64,000 nt of DNA from Marsupella aquatica (taxonomy: Eukaryota; Plantae; Marchantiophyta). The stretch is from NCBI GenBank assembly GCA_973895155.1, contig OZ316891.1:310001-374000 (forward strand), written 5' to 3'. The notes under the pieces were generated by a model. The model made no database searches. It was given only the letters and a program-made list of their open reading frames with translations, and was not told where the DNA came from. Made by a program: the position numbers and the translations under genes. How positions within the stretch are numbered: position 1 is the first letter of the stretch; every line of letters begins with the position of its first letter. Shown one piece after another: positions 25,213-38,782 of the stretch.

Positions 25213-26735
25213 TTCTTTTTTTTCCTTGTACAAAAACATTCTTGAATAAAAGATGTCATTGCACAAAAGACTGGCTATGACAACCACAAAAGTATAACAA
25301 AATGAGAGGTGTTTTTTTTCATTTCCCCCTTTTTTTTCTCTGATGTTCCTTTTAAACCTTAACCTCCCCCTTTTCTCCATTTCCTATTTTTGGTCTTCTC
25401 TTTTTCACATCCACCATCACTCCACTCGTTCGCCACCCGCCCTTCCCCTCCCCACCCATATGAGAACAAGGGGCTACCCTACATTGCGAGTGTGCCCCTC
25501 GTCCAACACCTTGCAACTAATGCCCATGCCATGCGCTTTACTGTCTTTGAGCCTTATTACATTTGTCTGTTGGCATTGAAAATGACATTGCAAATGACTG
25601 TAAAATCACCACAAATATTGGGAGAATAATGTTTTTTATTGATGTAGTGACTTTTACCAATATTACACAAAATTATGATGCACAAAATATTGAATATGTA
25701 CAATGAATTTGTACAATTATACAAAATGTGCATGCACGAGTATGTTCAATACTTACTTGCATGGATGTATCCTCCTTGATCCTCATGTATTGATCCTTGT
25801 CCATTGTGTTATAGTCTTTTAATTGTCCATTGTGTTAAAGTCTTTTAAGTACTTCTTTTTTTTGCTAGTGTGATTATTCTTGCTTGTCTTGGGCACTAGT
25901 GTAACTTTTTGTGATTCACACTAAACTCAATTCACACACGCCTTAGACTTTATTGCTTATAGTTGACCAGATTTTTTAATTTTTATGCCCTATAAATTTG
26001 AATGACAGACCACTCTTAAAGTGGCACAACTGTGTATCGTAGTTTTTGATTTTTGATTTTTTTTCTTTTCTTTCTACATCTTTTATCATTATATTGCTGA
26101 CATGCCCAAAGGCGCGAGTATTGAGCTTATTATTTATATAAGAAGAGACTTGCAACTCATGATTATTGAGTTCATCTACAACTATAATAAGGGATCCCGT
26201 CGTTTTTAGTCCTTGGTCACCATACAAAAAAGCTTCTCGGCGAGAAAAATCCACAGTCGTTGAATTTGATTATTTATTTTTCTCACCATTGATGAGAAAA
26301 ATGTATATCCCTATCACATATTTGCTTCCCGCCCCCTAATGCCCGTGGCCAATCCCTATGGGCCTGCAGCAAAGCACTGGCAACAATGATAATGAAATGG
26401 AAAATGGGAGTCCGTGAGAATAACGTGGATAGAATAACGGGGTCTCGCAAACGGAGGTTCGAGTCCTGCGGATAAAGGTGGTAGGAAAGAGAGTATTGAA
26501 AAGGGCGATCATGCTGAGGAGGAGACTAATGCGTAAATCGGCTGAGAGTAATTGCGAAGACGGAAAGCATCGATTCAAACACGCTTTCACTTCTTACTGC
26601 AGTGGAGACCTTGGAAGAGTCCAAACGACTGAGCTGGATCGCTCACTCTCGCGCACACTGCTCTCTCGCGTGCTCTCTCTCTCTCAGACACATTGCTTAG
26701 TTCAGCTAGTCGTAGGGAGCTGTTGCTGCAGATCG

Positions 26736-29700
26736 ATGGGGTCGAATTCCCAGTTGTTGGAAGGACTGATCAGCCCTCACGACGACCCGGAACAGTACGC
26801 TGGAAGCAATGATGGTCGTGCACAGGATGACGACAAGATATACATGTCCGTGTACGACATGCTGGTGAAGCATGTTGGAGAGTTTGGGTTCGCTCAGTTC
26901 TGGCACTTTGTGCTGGTGAGCTTAGCCTGGACCGTGGACGCCCTGCATACGATGGTCATGATTTTCGCTGATCGGGTGCCTGAATGGCAATGCAAGACCC
27001 AAATCGGCACGCAGCTGGTCGGCGGCGGCGGTCTCAACCACACGACGATCTTGGCTCCTTCGTGTACCGCCGCCTCATCGCTATGTAAATTGGACCCTGG
27101 CACCTGGGAATGGGTTGGGACGTATACCCGATCGACGGTTTCGGAGTGGGATCTCATCTGTGCAGACGAGTACAAAGTTGGATTGGCTGCTTCTTTGTTT
27201 TTTATTGGCGTGCTCTGTGGTAAGAAGCTGCTTCTGTCAGTACCGAAGTAGCTGATGAAGCTCACATTGAATATTTCAAGAGTGGTACATTAGTATTTTA
27301 AAATCGGCTGCTCCTGCTCCTACTCCCACTCCCACTCGCTGTGCACTCACTTAGAATCGTCTTATTCTGAATATGTGCTCAATCATTGGGCTCACAGATT
27401 GCACCAGCTTTTTGACATTGCAATCACTGGAATCAGCCATTGTTTTCTCTCTCCACGCGATCAGATTAGCCATGTTGACAGTCCACGTTTCAACATAAAG
27501 TCGAGAATTGCTTCTACTTAGTTTGCGCTTCCTGTAGTCTTCCTGGGGGAACCGTGTGCTGCAATTTGAAGGAGAGAATTTAGAGAAACCAGCAAGTACT
27601 ACATTTTCCCGACATGCACGTATTACACAGGAAAGTGACATGTTCTGTCCAGCTCGATCATCATTTCTTAATACATTAGCAGAGCTCTTGGCATACACAG
27701 GAAAGTGACATGTTCTGTCCAGCTCGATCATCATTTCTTAATACAATAGCAGAGCTCTTGGCATAACGCCGTGTAACGTAAATGTGCGCATGCAGGAGCT
27801 GGAGTGTACGGAAGTCTGTCAGACTCGTTTTTGGGCAGAAAGGGAACAGTTGCTCTTTCGTGCTTGACGACAGTTTCCCTGGGGTTCCTCACAGGCTTCT
27901 CCTCCACGTACTGGATCTATGCGACCCTCCGGTTCATGACAGGACTGAATTGCGGAAGCATTGGAGTTTGCTCCTTCGTCCTGGCAACAGAGATCGTAGG
28001 GCCCAGTAAAAGAGGATCGGTGGGAATGGCAACCTTCTACTTCTTTACAGGGGGATCCTTCCGTTGTTCGGCTATTTCTCGACGTCTTGGAGGATGCTTT
28101 ACTTCGTCACCGCTGTTCCTGGAATCGTGTACTGCTTTTTGGTCCTGCCGTTTCTCTGGGAGTCCCCTCGATGGTATCTCGTGAAGGGCCGATCGGATGA
28201 TGCCATCAAGGTCATAAGATCTGTTGCGAAGTGGAATGGAAATGAGCTGCCCACGAGTCTTCACTTTCGCTTGGATTGCGATCAGCAGAACAGAGACGCG
28301 CAAGCCGAACAACGTGTACGTACGGAGAAGATGGCGCTTTCAGACTCGACTGGCGATGGAGCTACGTGTTTGAGCCCGGAAGCTACGGTACGTTCCGTCA
28401 CGTTGTACTTTATGATCATCTTGCTCAGATTGGATTCAGTAATCTTTGAACATATCACCCGCCGCTGCATGAGGACCGTCCACGTAGCGCTCGAGAATTG
28501 TTGTAAGGTATTTTTGGTATCTGCACTTCCCGGGTTGGGACCTTTCCATCTCCTCGAGAATTACTACTATAAGTGGCTTTTGGGACCTCTTGTCTGACGG
28601 GACCGACGGAAACATTCACCGTGATTGTCTAGAACAAAAGCTGCTCAATCTTGCTTAGTCACAGTCACACTATACTGGATCGATTGAAATCACTTCCATA
28701 GGCGCAGCTTTTCCAAAAGCTGGTTACATTCTGTGATCCTTCCTAGTACGTCTTTGGTGAGTCCATAATCATTTTAAATGGACAAAACGAGTCCAAATGA
28801 ACTGATAAAAATTATGTTGTAAAATTATCTTCGTCTTCCACCCCACGCTAGCCGCAACGAATTTAGCTTGGGATCTAAGAACTTACATCCCTTAGCTCGC
28901 ACAGAGGGTATTGGTGTCACTTAGTCAGAATAGAATGGTTGCGTTTGTAAACTTCAGATCGTTGATACTGCCCATAAATTCTCCAATTTCTGTAGCCGTG
29001 ATAGTGTACATGGGTACTACACGAATACACATAAAAAAGTGGTTTAAAATTCAGATCAGATTGATTTTGGGTTCTCGAGGGTGATCGGGCATGGTCGTAG
29101 TTATCAAGGAGTCGAAGTTCAACGGGCCGAAAGCCCGACCGAAAGTAAATTTCATCCAGGTAGTGAAGGGACGGTACCAGCCAGTAGACCTCGTCGATTC
29201 AATCAAGTACTAACACGATCCTTCTGGTCGCCATGAGCTAGTCTGGTCTGCAGTCAGTGGCTTAGTAATCATGTTGAAGGTGTCAACTATATCCTTACAT
29301 TTGTTAAAGTTGGAAGCTGTCATTACTCAGGATCCCCAAGGCAACTGTTCCGTAAAGCTGGGAGACAATGGCTCTTCGAAACCCGAGGTGCAATACGAAG
29401 GAAGTCTCGTCGATGTCTTCAGATTTTCCGAGACACGTTGGAGAATGCTCATCATGGTTTGCATCTGGTTCTTCACGGGAGTTTGTTACTATGGCATCAG
29501 CCTAAATGCAGTCAATCTAAACTTCAACCTTTACTTGAGCGTCTTCATGAACGGCCTTATCGAAGTCCCCGCATTTGCTGGAACCGCTTATTTGTTGTCT
29601 AAGCTGGGCAGAAAGGCTCTGCTGGTATCAGCGATGGCTCTATCCGGGGTCTGTTGTGTCTGTGGCAGCTTCTTCTTCATTATGGACAAGCCAGATGGCT

Positions 29701-30434
29701 TGAACGGCAGCTTCTTATTGAGGGGCTTTGCGGAAAGCGTGGTGTCCAACCGCCCGAACTTGCAACTGCATGATACTGAAAGTAATCGTATGTTTGCTCT
29801 CCTGCATGGTTCTCCTTGGATAGTTGCGGGTTCGCAAAACACACGGCTTTACTTGTTTATGCAGGAGACGCTATCGGCTTTTTGTTCAGGAGATTATTCC
29901 TTTCTTACGTGAGGTTGATTAATTTGATGCTTAGTCACCAGTTTATTGACACTATGCTCGTTATCCGATTAAGTCATAGTTCAGGCGCTGGCAAATTTCA
30001 TGACACGGAGAAGTGTTATTACTTATTATGTTTAACACATTACATCTGACTCTTGTGCAGACGAGTTTCTCATAGGCATGCTGAGGCTCATGTGGGGAGT
30101 ACTAGGCATGCTCGGTATGGCAGGTGCGTTTAGTCTGATCTACATCTACACCGCTGAGTTGTTTCCCACAGTGGTCAGGAACGCAGCTCTTGGACTAGCA
30201 GTTCAAGCTGCAGGAGTTGGAGCAGTGATTGCGCCGTTCATTGTAGTTGCCGGCCATTTTTCCCCTTCTCTCCCATTCGTGATCTTTGGGGTCTTGGCCT
30301 TGGGGGGTGCAGCTCTCTCAACCAGACTTCCGGAAACTCTCAACCAACGTCTCCCTGAGACACTCGAAGAGATGGAGCGGGAGCATACAAAGTCCAGATC
30401 TGCTCTCACAAGTAATAATGTCATAGAGACATGA
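26736..30434 (+). CDS. OCT: Organic cation/carnitine transporter (MFS, OCT-like), 4 exons, frameshifted in exon 2
   Basis: Exons 26736-27219, 27796-28387, ~29331-29787 and 30061-30434 with GT-AG sites. Motifs: GEFGFAQ, STVSEWDLIC, LSDSFLGRK, LATEIVGPSKRG, ESPRWYLVKGR, YYGISLN, YTAELFPTVVRN, LPET. The frame changes at the G-run 28050-28054. Confidence 0.9.
27625..27765. repeat. Tandem duplication 2 x ~70 bp in OCT intron 1
   Basis: acacaggaaagtgacatgttctgtccagctcgatc...ggcata at 27625 and 27695. Confidence 0.9.
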
Positions 30435-31156
30435 TGACGGCAAATCGTTGTAAATCATAGGATTGTTATCTCTACCTTAGTATACAAATTGGCATGGTTT
30501 TCTATACGGTAAGCTGATCCAATCGGTCATCTCGTCATATACATGGCATGCACTGTGCCACGAGTAAAGCAAGGATCGATCAGTGATCTAAGTAGCTTCC
30601 ATTCTTGACGACCACAGCAGAACACATGCTACTCATCGTATTCTCTACATCTATGAAACTTGTAGTCTAGCTAGTAGATGTACATAGCTACTCCTATGTA
30701 AGGAAGCTCTACGATTAATTTACTCGCCAAATGATTTCTGTTTGTTTTTGGACCCCGTTCCGGAAATTGCTGTCACTGCCCTCGACATGCACCAGGCACT
30801 CAACTTTAGGATGTCCAAGGATATAATTATGGAAAACGGCAAAGCAATAACTATCCCTGCCATCAGTTGAAGAATAGATTGAATGTTGTCAAGGAGCACA
30901 TACGAGAACTTTGTCGTTTGAGAGGATGCTCAGATGATGCAGCTGGATCCAGATGAACCACAGTAACTCGTACCTCTAGCCAGCTAAACACGAGTCTTTG
31001 TAAATGCCGACCAAGACATTGAAGACAGCACGCGGGACAGCACGTCACTCGCGTGCAGTCGAGACCTACTGTAGGCGGAGTGTCTCGTCTGGTATTCTAT
31101 ACAGTTGGTCAGTGTCTCGTCTGGTATTCTATACAGTTGGTCAGTAATTCCTGTAC

Positions 31157-32099
31157 AATTTGGAATGAGACAGTCCTACCACTTCTTTCAGACGATCAGA
31201 GCATACTCATTCCTCTTTTCTTTATAACACCCTTCATTTCTATTTTTAATTTTTCTTGAAAGGAGCACTTTACTTGCAAGAAGTAAGACCCAATAAAACG
31301 GGGAGTAAAAGGCCAAAAGAAACAAAGGCCAAATTAAACAATTATGGTTCTCAGGTTTGTTATGCTTGTTGTGCAGATACACATAGTCATACATACATTG
31401 TTGACATGACATACCATATATACATACACAACATGGACAAGAGCATATATAAATACAAGTGTACCATAACTGAAAATTCGTGAAAGCTGTACTGTCATAA
31501 AACACGAAAAAAGATCACACATAGTCAAGCCAAACCCACTCTGACATGAGAGAATCCATGCCAGGTCAATGCTAATGGGAATCACCATAGCCAACTGAAG
31601 GAGTACTACCCACTCAAGCTATCTCCCAACGGCTCCCAACGCTAAAGGCTCAACTCAAAGAACTAACCGTTCTTTGAGCACATTCCATATATAGGTATAC
31701 CCTTCAAACCTAAGGGTGGGTCCTATTAGGACAGTCACCCTCAAAAGAGCACCCACAAACACTATGCATGGAAACACATCCCAAACTACGGCATGGACTC
31801 CAGTAGCACATCTACACACTATGACACACTTACGTATCATCATGATAGCTGTCGTTTGAATACACATTGTCATACAACATACCCTAAACCCTAAACTATT
31901 TGGAATGAGACAGTCCTACCACCTCTTTCAGAGGAATCAGAGCATATTCATTCCTCTTTTCTTTATAACCCTAAACCCTAAACACCCTTCATTTCTATTC
32001 ACAATTTTTCTTGAAAGGAGCACTTTAGTTGCAAGAAGTAAGACCCAATAAAATGGGGAGTAAAAGGCCAAAGTCAAACAATGGTTTTGAGGTTTGTTA
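31157..32099. repeat. ~200-bp direct duplication (31157-31362 / 31898-32099) bracketing an LTR-like segment (~31358-31879)
   Basis: tttggaatgagacagtcctacc...ggtttgtta is present twice; the second copy carries CCCTAAA inserts; the intervening segment runs TGTT...AACA. Confidence 0.7.
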
Positions 32100-32100
32100 G

Positions 32101-32150
32101 AATACAGTGACGGATCAAATGAGAAGTGTGACCACCCTTCTCGTTTTGCC
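32101..32150 (+). mobile_element. Solitary terminus of the same TIR family as 10106-13701
   Basis: AATACAGTGACGGATCAAATGAGAAGTGTGACCACCCTTCTCGTTT closely matches the TIR and its internal palindrome. Confidence 0.75.
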
Positions 32151-33309
32151 CGATCGCAAAATCACGGCTAAGTAAAGAAATCTCCAATACGAAATGCCCA
32201 TGAGTGAGAATCAAGAGAGGAAAGGAGCTCACCTCTTTGCACATTCAGCTAGCCCTCGACACCTCGTCATATGTCTGTCACGATTATGTCCAGTTCTACT
32301 ATTGCTTTTGGTACCAATTTTTAGGCATTGGTAACCATCTTGCGACCTCACTCGCCCAGCACAACCCGCGCAAGTATGAAGCCAAAAGGCATTACAAATG
32401 ACGTATCTGTTTGAACAGGTGTTCTCACTACAACAACGACCTTAATCTTCTGTTTGAGAGCAAGTATTGTTGGGACAAGGATATCGTTGAGTTCTTCTTC
32501 GAGGGATCAAAGTACCTCGGCTTTGGAGAAGCGCTCTGCCAACTCCCGCACGAGGTCTTCAAGATCCCTGGCACGGTGGACTTCAGAGTAATGGACCTTG
32601 CCCCCAGCTCCCTCACCAATCCCAACACTCATGCCTAAGTGCTCCTAGTGCCCGAACGTCTCCACGGAGTACCTTGAGCAAGCAACCTAGTGCCCCTTGC
32701 ACCACCAGCGGCCCCTCCCATATGAAGCCGCACTTGCTCTCCAACATGATCGCTACTCAACGGTCCTCATTGTCTGCACAAGCAACCAAGCGTCTTGATA
32801 AGTAACCCTTCAGGATCTAGATCTCCCAAGTCTAGCCTCCTAACTCAAGCTCAATAGACATTGGTCCGGTAAGTAGGTCAGCAATAGGTCCTCCCGATGC
32901 CATAAGCCGAAACCAAAACCAACACCCACTGTTTGTCCAAACCAGCTCCTTCCTTGGGAATAGCCCAGGTTTCCCCTTGTACCTATCCATCACCAAATGA
33001 CCGCCCTGCTCCCAGGATGTACATGCTCATGGCCCAAGTAGCATAGCTTGTCCTAAAGCTTGTCCCAACACGTCGGGACCAGAATGGCCCCGACTTTAGC
33101 AACCAACTCCCAATTCTTGCCCCACTGATGGTCTAGGGGCCAAGTGCCCTCGGACTCAACCTCCACGCCTACCTGGCCTTGCCTCCCCAATGCAAGCTCC
33201 CTTGAGAGACTGAACGCGGCTTGGCTATTGTTCGACAGGATTTGGCAAGCGGGCGAGATAGCACCCGCAAACCTTGAGAACCTATGGTGCCCCAGACCCA
33301 TCTGAGCTT

Positions 33310-34075
33310 AGGAGGATGTAGCCCTCCTTGATAGATTTCCAACGCACCCAAGAAGTCCCCCAACAAACTTCTCGTTGGGAAGTTATCGTCGTTTTCGTTC
33401 GGCATTTCCCCTTAGTGTCGCGACCACCGTGGCTCACGACTTTGGCTCGCCCTTAGCCCCCACGGAGACACCACTCCCTTCATATATGCCTCTGTAGACA
33501 TGCCACCCCTTGACCAGCTTTGGTCCTCAACTTTTTGGTCCCCAACCCGAACCCTATCTCGCATGTTTGGGTGCGCCACCAACTGCCGATGCCCATAACT
33601 TCCTAGTTAGGCGTCCGCAACCGGAGTGCCTTAGCCCGTTGTGATTGGGCCAACCCAGTGCTCATGCCTAGGCCCTCAGATCTAATCACCACTTGGGGCC
33701 CCCATCGCCCAAACCCGGATCGGGCCATAACTCGCGTCCCAAGTGTCCGTTGCCCATGGCGTCAACTCCATTGGCCTTGGGCCCAATAGGAACTCTTATT
33801 CAAGCCCTCAGGTCTCAAAGTCCGTCCAAGGGTCCGGATGGTCAACCTCAAGCCCGGCCCTTTTCCCCTTTGACCCGACCAACTCTCATCTAGTCTAAGT
33901 CCTTAGTGGGTGACACCGGTTTGGCGCCTTGCCTTCACTAGCGCCACTTCCCATTGCCCACAAGTTTCCCCATGCTAAGTCCTCCCCCAATGGCCTATCC
34001 GGGCCTGGATCCTAAGGGAGCTTGGTCTCGGAGTTAGCGATGCCGGAGCTAAGTGTTAAGGTAGTCGAGTTCCGT
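33310..34075. mobile_element. Dispersed retroelement-like repeat, copy 2, followed by a decayed coiled-coil ORF (to ~34740)
   Basis: Homologous to 23935-24690 over about 750 bp. Confidence 0.75.
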
Positions 34076-34825
34076 GGATTTGAGCCAAGAGCTGGTTGCG
34101 GCGGTGAAAGCAGGGCATGCTCAGGCTAAAGCCGCAAAGAAGATTGAGCAGTATCAGGTTGAGGTAACCAAACTATTAGATGAAGCCTCGATCAGCACAA
34201 AAAACTGAGCTTCAACTTCTCTGGCCTCAGCTTGCGACCGCTTTGACCCGGGTCATCGACGCTGAAGCCAAGATAGCATGATTGGTTGTGCAAGTTGGGG
34301 CTGGAAATGACGTTGAGATCTCACAACTCTGGACCCAGATTGACAGCTTGAAGGGGCAAGCCGTCATCTAGCAGAAAACCGTGAAGGAGGCCGACGCTTG
34401 GGCCCAGAGAGATGCAGCCGAGGTGGACGCCCTAAAAGCAAAAGTGACATGGCTTCTACAAGAAGCCACTAAGCAAGACCAACTAGTGGCGCAGCTGATG
34501 AGCAATGCCCAGTAGTTGGACTTAGAGACGTGCCAGGAGGCTGCGGAGTAGACGGACGTGGCAAAATAAGAAAACAAATTGTCTCTCTTGGACCAAGTCC
34601 AACTACTCAAGCAGGACGTAGACCGGCTGAGGAGACAGCAGGACGATCGCTCCAAGTCCAACTTGGGTGGGTCTGGCAAAGCGTGCCAGACATTAGCAGT
34701 AGAGCAAGTTTAGAACCTTGGGCCCTCAGTCTTAACTAATACATGGAAGACGTGCAAATGCTCGAAGGGTAGTTTTTATTCATTTTGAAGTAATAATTAT
34801 AATTATTACCGGTAATAAGGGAAAC

Positions 34826-35145
34826 TTGCTCTGTCAACTCCTCCCCAACCAAACTCCCTCCACCCCCAACACACAACTCCCCCAACCCAACCCACAACAC
34901 TAAACCCAATCTCCCTCACTCCAAACTCCCTAAACCCCCACTACACCACTCCCCAACCCCCTCAACCCTAAACGCTAAACCCTAAACTCCAAACCGTCTC
35001 CCTCAACCCCCGACCAAACCCCCTAAACTCAAACTCGCTCTGTCAACTCCTCCCCAACCAAACTCCCTCCACCCCCAACACACAACTCCCCCAACCCAAC
35101 CCACAACGCTAAACCCAATTTCCCTCAATCCAAACTCCCTAAACT
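34826..35145. repeat. C/A-rich satellite with telomere-like CCCTAAA units
   Basis: ~210-bp unit (caactcctccccaaccaaactccctccacccccaacacacaac...) present 1.5 times, with embedded accctaaac motifs. Confidence 0.85.
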
Positions 35146-36682
35146 GGCCATCTTGCATCACGAAGCAGTTGCTGCAGGAGTGTCAATTTTGCTTTTTGCG
35201 CACTAACACTTTGTTGCTGTTACGAGAGCCTTCTTCATGCAACTTTCTATGCAAGTTGTTGCCCAAGGGGGCAAATTATTTTAAGATTTCATCTCTTGGT
35301 ACGTGTCAAAAGTCGATGACTATCATCCGCGTCCGTTAATAAGAGACCAACGAAAGTTATGCGAGCTAGTTACAGCTGCACTAAATACTTTTACCCGGAC
35401 GGTAGATCCTGGCTCTCCTTATTCTGAGTTTTCCATTCCATTTCAATTACTGTGCATGCAACACGTTTCCTTCTGAAACGTTGTTGAGAAGACGGTGTAG
35501 TGCAGCGTCCCAACCAGTACTCCACAGGAAGGAGCCTTAACTGATCCTCTGGCAAGTAGAATTCTGATCATTGCTGCCTGTCCAACACCTTGCAGCTGCT
35601 CTTCTTCTGGGTTACTGGTTCTGTTTCTCGAACAGTTCCAATAGTCCAAATCCTTTGCGATCACTTTTTTCGGGGCGTGTGCCTTTTTGCTCTTTCTGTC
35701 CGTTCTTTACTTGACGAGTTTGGTTGCACCAAAGTCCAAAACTTTCAACTCTAGGCTCCAAGCACCGCTTCCACTGATTCAAGTCGGTCCACTAATGGCT
35801 CAATGACAGCAGCAGTCGGGCTGCTTTCAAGGGAAGCCCATACTACCCTAGGGATCCCAAGGCAGGATTTGGTAAAAAAAAATCCAATAAAAAAAGGCTG
35901 GGAACCAGCCATCCAAAAAACTTGACCCCTGTGCAATGAAACCCTACAAAATGGATGCCTAATAATTTGACTAAACCCACTTTCATTCTAGGACCAACTC
36001 ACTCCGTCCACCTTACAAAAACTTAATGCCCTTCTTGATTTGTTTCTTTGTAGTTTTTGGTGCTTTTGTAGAGAGGAATGCACAGTACAGATTTGGGTAG
36101 GGTGTTATGAAACTTCTGGTCTACTTTTAAAAATAAAAACTCTCTGAGGACCAGTTTGTATATTAACGTCTTGTTACAATGACATTATGAACAATTAGCC
36201 CCTCAAAACTCAAGCTAAGGCCCTCATTTTTTAGGGCATTATGGCCCAGAATGTCCTCTTACCAGCGTGTCACTGTATACGGAAAACATTGGAAATTGGA
36301 ATGCAAGTGTTTTCTTGCCGGCTAACAAGTACAGGAAATGCATGCAGCACAAAGAAGAGATCCTTGCAAACAACATAATCATTTACCTTTCCACCTCACA
36401 AAAACCTAACTGTTGCCAGCCAACAAGCACAGAAAAAGTACTATCCTTGCACAGCAATAAGGAAGAGGGAATACTCACAAAACAAAAGATATTCACCTAT
36501 CCTTCCAATTCACAGAAAAAGTAACTTGCCAGAGGCAGTAAAAAAATACAATGTAGTTACACACAACATAAACTTTGGATGACTTTGCCCCTTCAATCTC
36601 CACTTCAAAATGCAATTTAGGTCACTACTGGACGATCCCAACTATTGTAATATCACTGAATATTCAATGGGCTATTGATGTT

Positions 36683-37144
36683 TGTCGTGCGTATACACAT
36701 CGCTACACAACATACATTGCTTGTCACATATATCCAGACCTAGTCACACTGCCACATCACAAACACAAGAGAATGGAATACAAGTGGAACTCATGTCCAC
36801 ACATGTCCAAAACCCACAATAATCTCAATAGAATCCGAACAACGATCGACGTCAACAGTACGCACTCAATCTCATCCGATCCGATCACACACATATGTCG
36901 AGCCAACTCACCTTGCACTCAAGGAATCCACGCTACATAGAGAGAGCTCTCAGCCACCATAGCCACCACACAAGCTCCCCTCTCCAAGGCTCAACATTGA
37001 AAGATTACCTTTCAATGTCTCACAAGAGAGAACTACCCTCTCACACAAACCTAACGGAACCTTATTGGCTCATATAGCACACATACCAAACATACGGATC
37101 TAGATAGTACGATACACTCTAACACTACCTAGAATGGTGTGACA
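36683..37144. mobile_element. LTR copy (TG...CA), same family as 58120-58586
   Basis: TGTCGTGCG...GGTGTGACA, highly similar to 58120-58586; no TSD seen. Confidence 0.8.
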
Positions 37145-37147
37145 TCC

Positions 37148-37861
37148 TTCAACTCCTCCCCAACCAAACTCCCTCCACCCCCAACACACAACTCCCTATA
37201 CCCAACCCACAACCAAACCCGCTAAACCCAAACTCCCTACACCCACTACACCACTCCCCAACCCCCTCAACCCTAAACCCTAAACTCAACTCCAAACTGT
37301 CTCCCTCAACCCCCAACCAAACCCCTTAAACTCAAATTCGGTCTCTCAACTCCTCCCCAACCAAACTCCCAAACTCCCTCCACCCCCAACTCCTCAACCC
37401 CCTGGCCAACCAAACCCCCTAAACTCAAACTCGGTCCCCCAACTCCTCCCCAACCAAACTCCCAAACTCCCTCCACCCCAACAGTGACACAACTACCTCA
37501 ACCCAACCCATAACCAAACCCGGCAATTCCAATTAAAGTGACTCGCTCACTCCAAACTCCCTAAAGCCGCACTACACCACTCCCCAACCCCCTCAACCCA
37601 TAGTCCCTAAACCCTAAACACTAAGCTCAAATCCAAACTGTCCTTTGTCAACCCGCAACCAAACTGTCGCCCTAAACTCAAAATCCCTCGGTCCACCGCC
37701 AACACTGACACAACTCCCTCAACCTAACCCACAACCGAAAATGCTAAACCCAAAGTAACTCGCTCATTCCAAACTCCCTAAACCCCCACTACACCACTCC
37801 CCAACCCCCTCAACCCAAACTCCCTAAACCCTAAACTCAACTTTAAACTGTCTCCCTCAAC
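37148..37861. repeat. C/A-rich telomere-like satellite, second block (~3 units)
   Basis: Same unit as 34826-35145; CCCTAAACCCTAAA at about 37271, 37605 and 37822. Confidence 0.85.
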
Positions 37862-38688
37862 AAAATTGGGGGCGTCCTTTGGGGGCTGTCCGGATTTGAG
37901 GATTGGCTGCCTTGGATGTGCTCAGGGAGATTGCTTTGATGTTCGATTGTATCCCTTAATAAAGTTATGGAGACTGGTGAAATTGGTTGGCGATATCATT
38001 AGGTGGTGAATGTTTGGTGGGATGGAATCGCCTATGTGGGAAATGGACTAATTTGCAATCCAAATCCCATGCCAATTTTAGACAGAAATGTACAGAGATC
38101 TGTGTATAATTTTGTAAGGGGACCCCTCCACATCTAATTCTCACTTCTAAAGGAAAAAATTGAATGTAGAGCCTACTCATGCCGATAACGTGTTGAGTAC
38201 TACATATAATAGTCTTCTCATTCATACAGGGAAACATATACACATAGAGTTAGTTACTCAGGTGGTTGTGGTAACTACCTTAGGTTAGTGGTTACACCAT
38301 GATTTGGAGTAGACTTAACCTTAGGTTACAACAGCTTTTAAATATGTGGAGGAGGTCCACATTTTGCAATGAGAATTATTCAGACGGAGGTCAAAGATTA
38401 ATCGGATATTGGTCATCATGACTTATTTCCCGACCAATCAGGTCCCCCTCGCCAGCCATTTCCAGTGTCGCTGGCAAAATTTCCTGTTTTCTCGTTGAAT
38501 TGACAGCCGAGGATTGAGGAAAACAACTGCCAGATTGGCATTCCAGTGTCAAGAACATAAATTTAGTGGTTGATTGCTGCCTGACTGTTTTTGGATTAAT
38601 TCAAAGGAAGAATGCTGTCTTCCCACCAGACGTCTTCAACATCTCACCCAAGCAAATTCAAGCCAAAAAGAAGAGATAACAGATTAAG

Positions 38689-38782
38689 CGCAGCTACTAT
38701 GGTAACAGCAGGAGTTTTTATGATAGCAAGGTGTTCTCCTTCATTTGAATACTTACCTAATGCTCTGATTGTTATTACTTCT
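38689..38782 (+). pseudogene. nad5: NUMT: mitochondrial nad5 fragment (~95 bp)
   Basis: Translates [31 protein letters not shown], matching the plant mitochondrial Nad5 segment [30 protein letters not shown] as I recall it; the flanks are unrelated. Confidence 0.9.

Noticed and set aside
26478-26735. N-terminal extension of the OCT ORF
   Set aside because: GTG-started and crosses a CT-rich 5'-UTR-like tract; the ATG at 26736 fits OCT homologues better.
38689-38782. Plastid ndhF or a functional nuclear nad5
   Set aside because: [10 protein letters not shown] fits mitochondrial Nad5 rather than NdhF as I recall them, and the fragment covers only about 31 codons.
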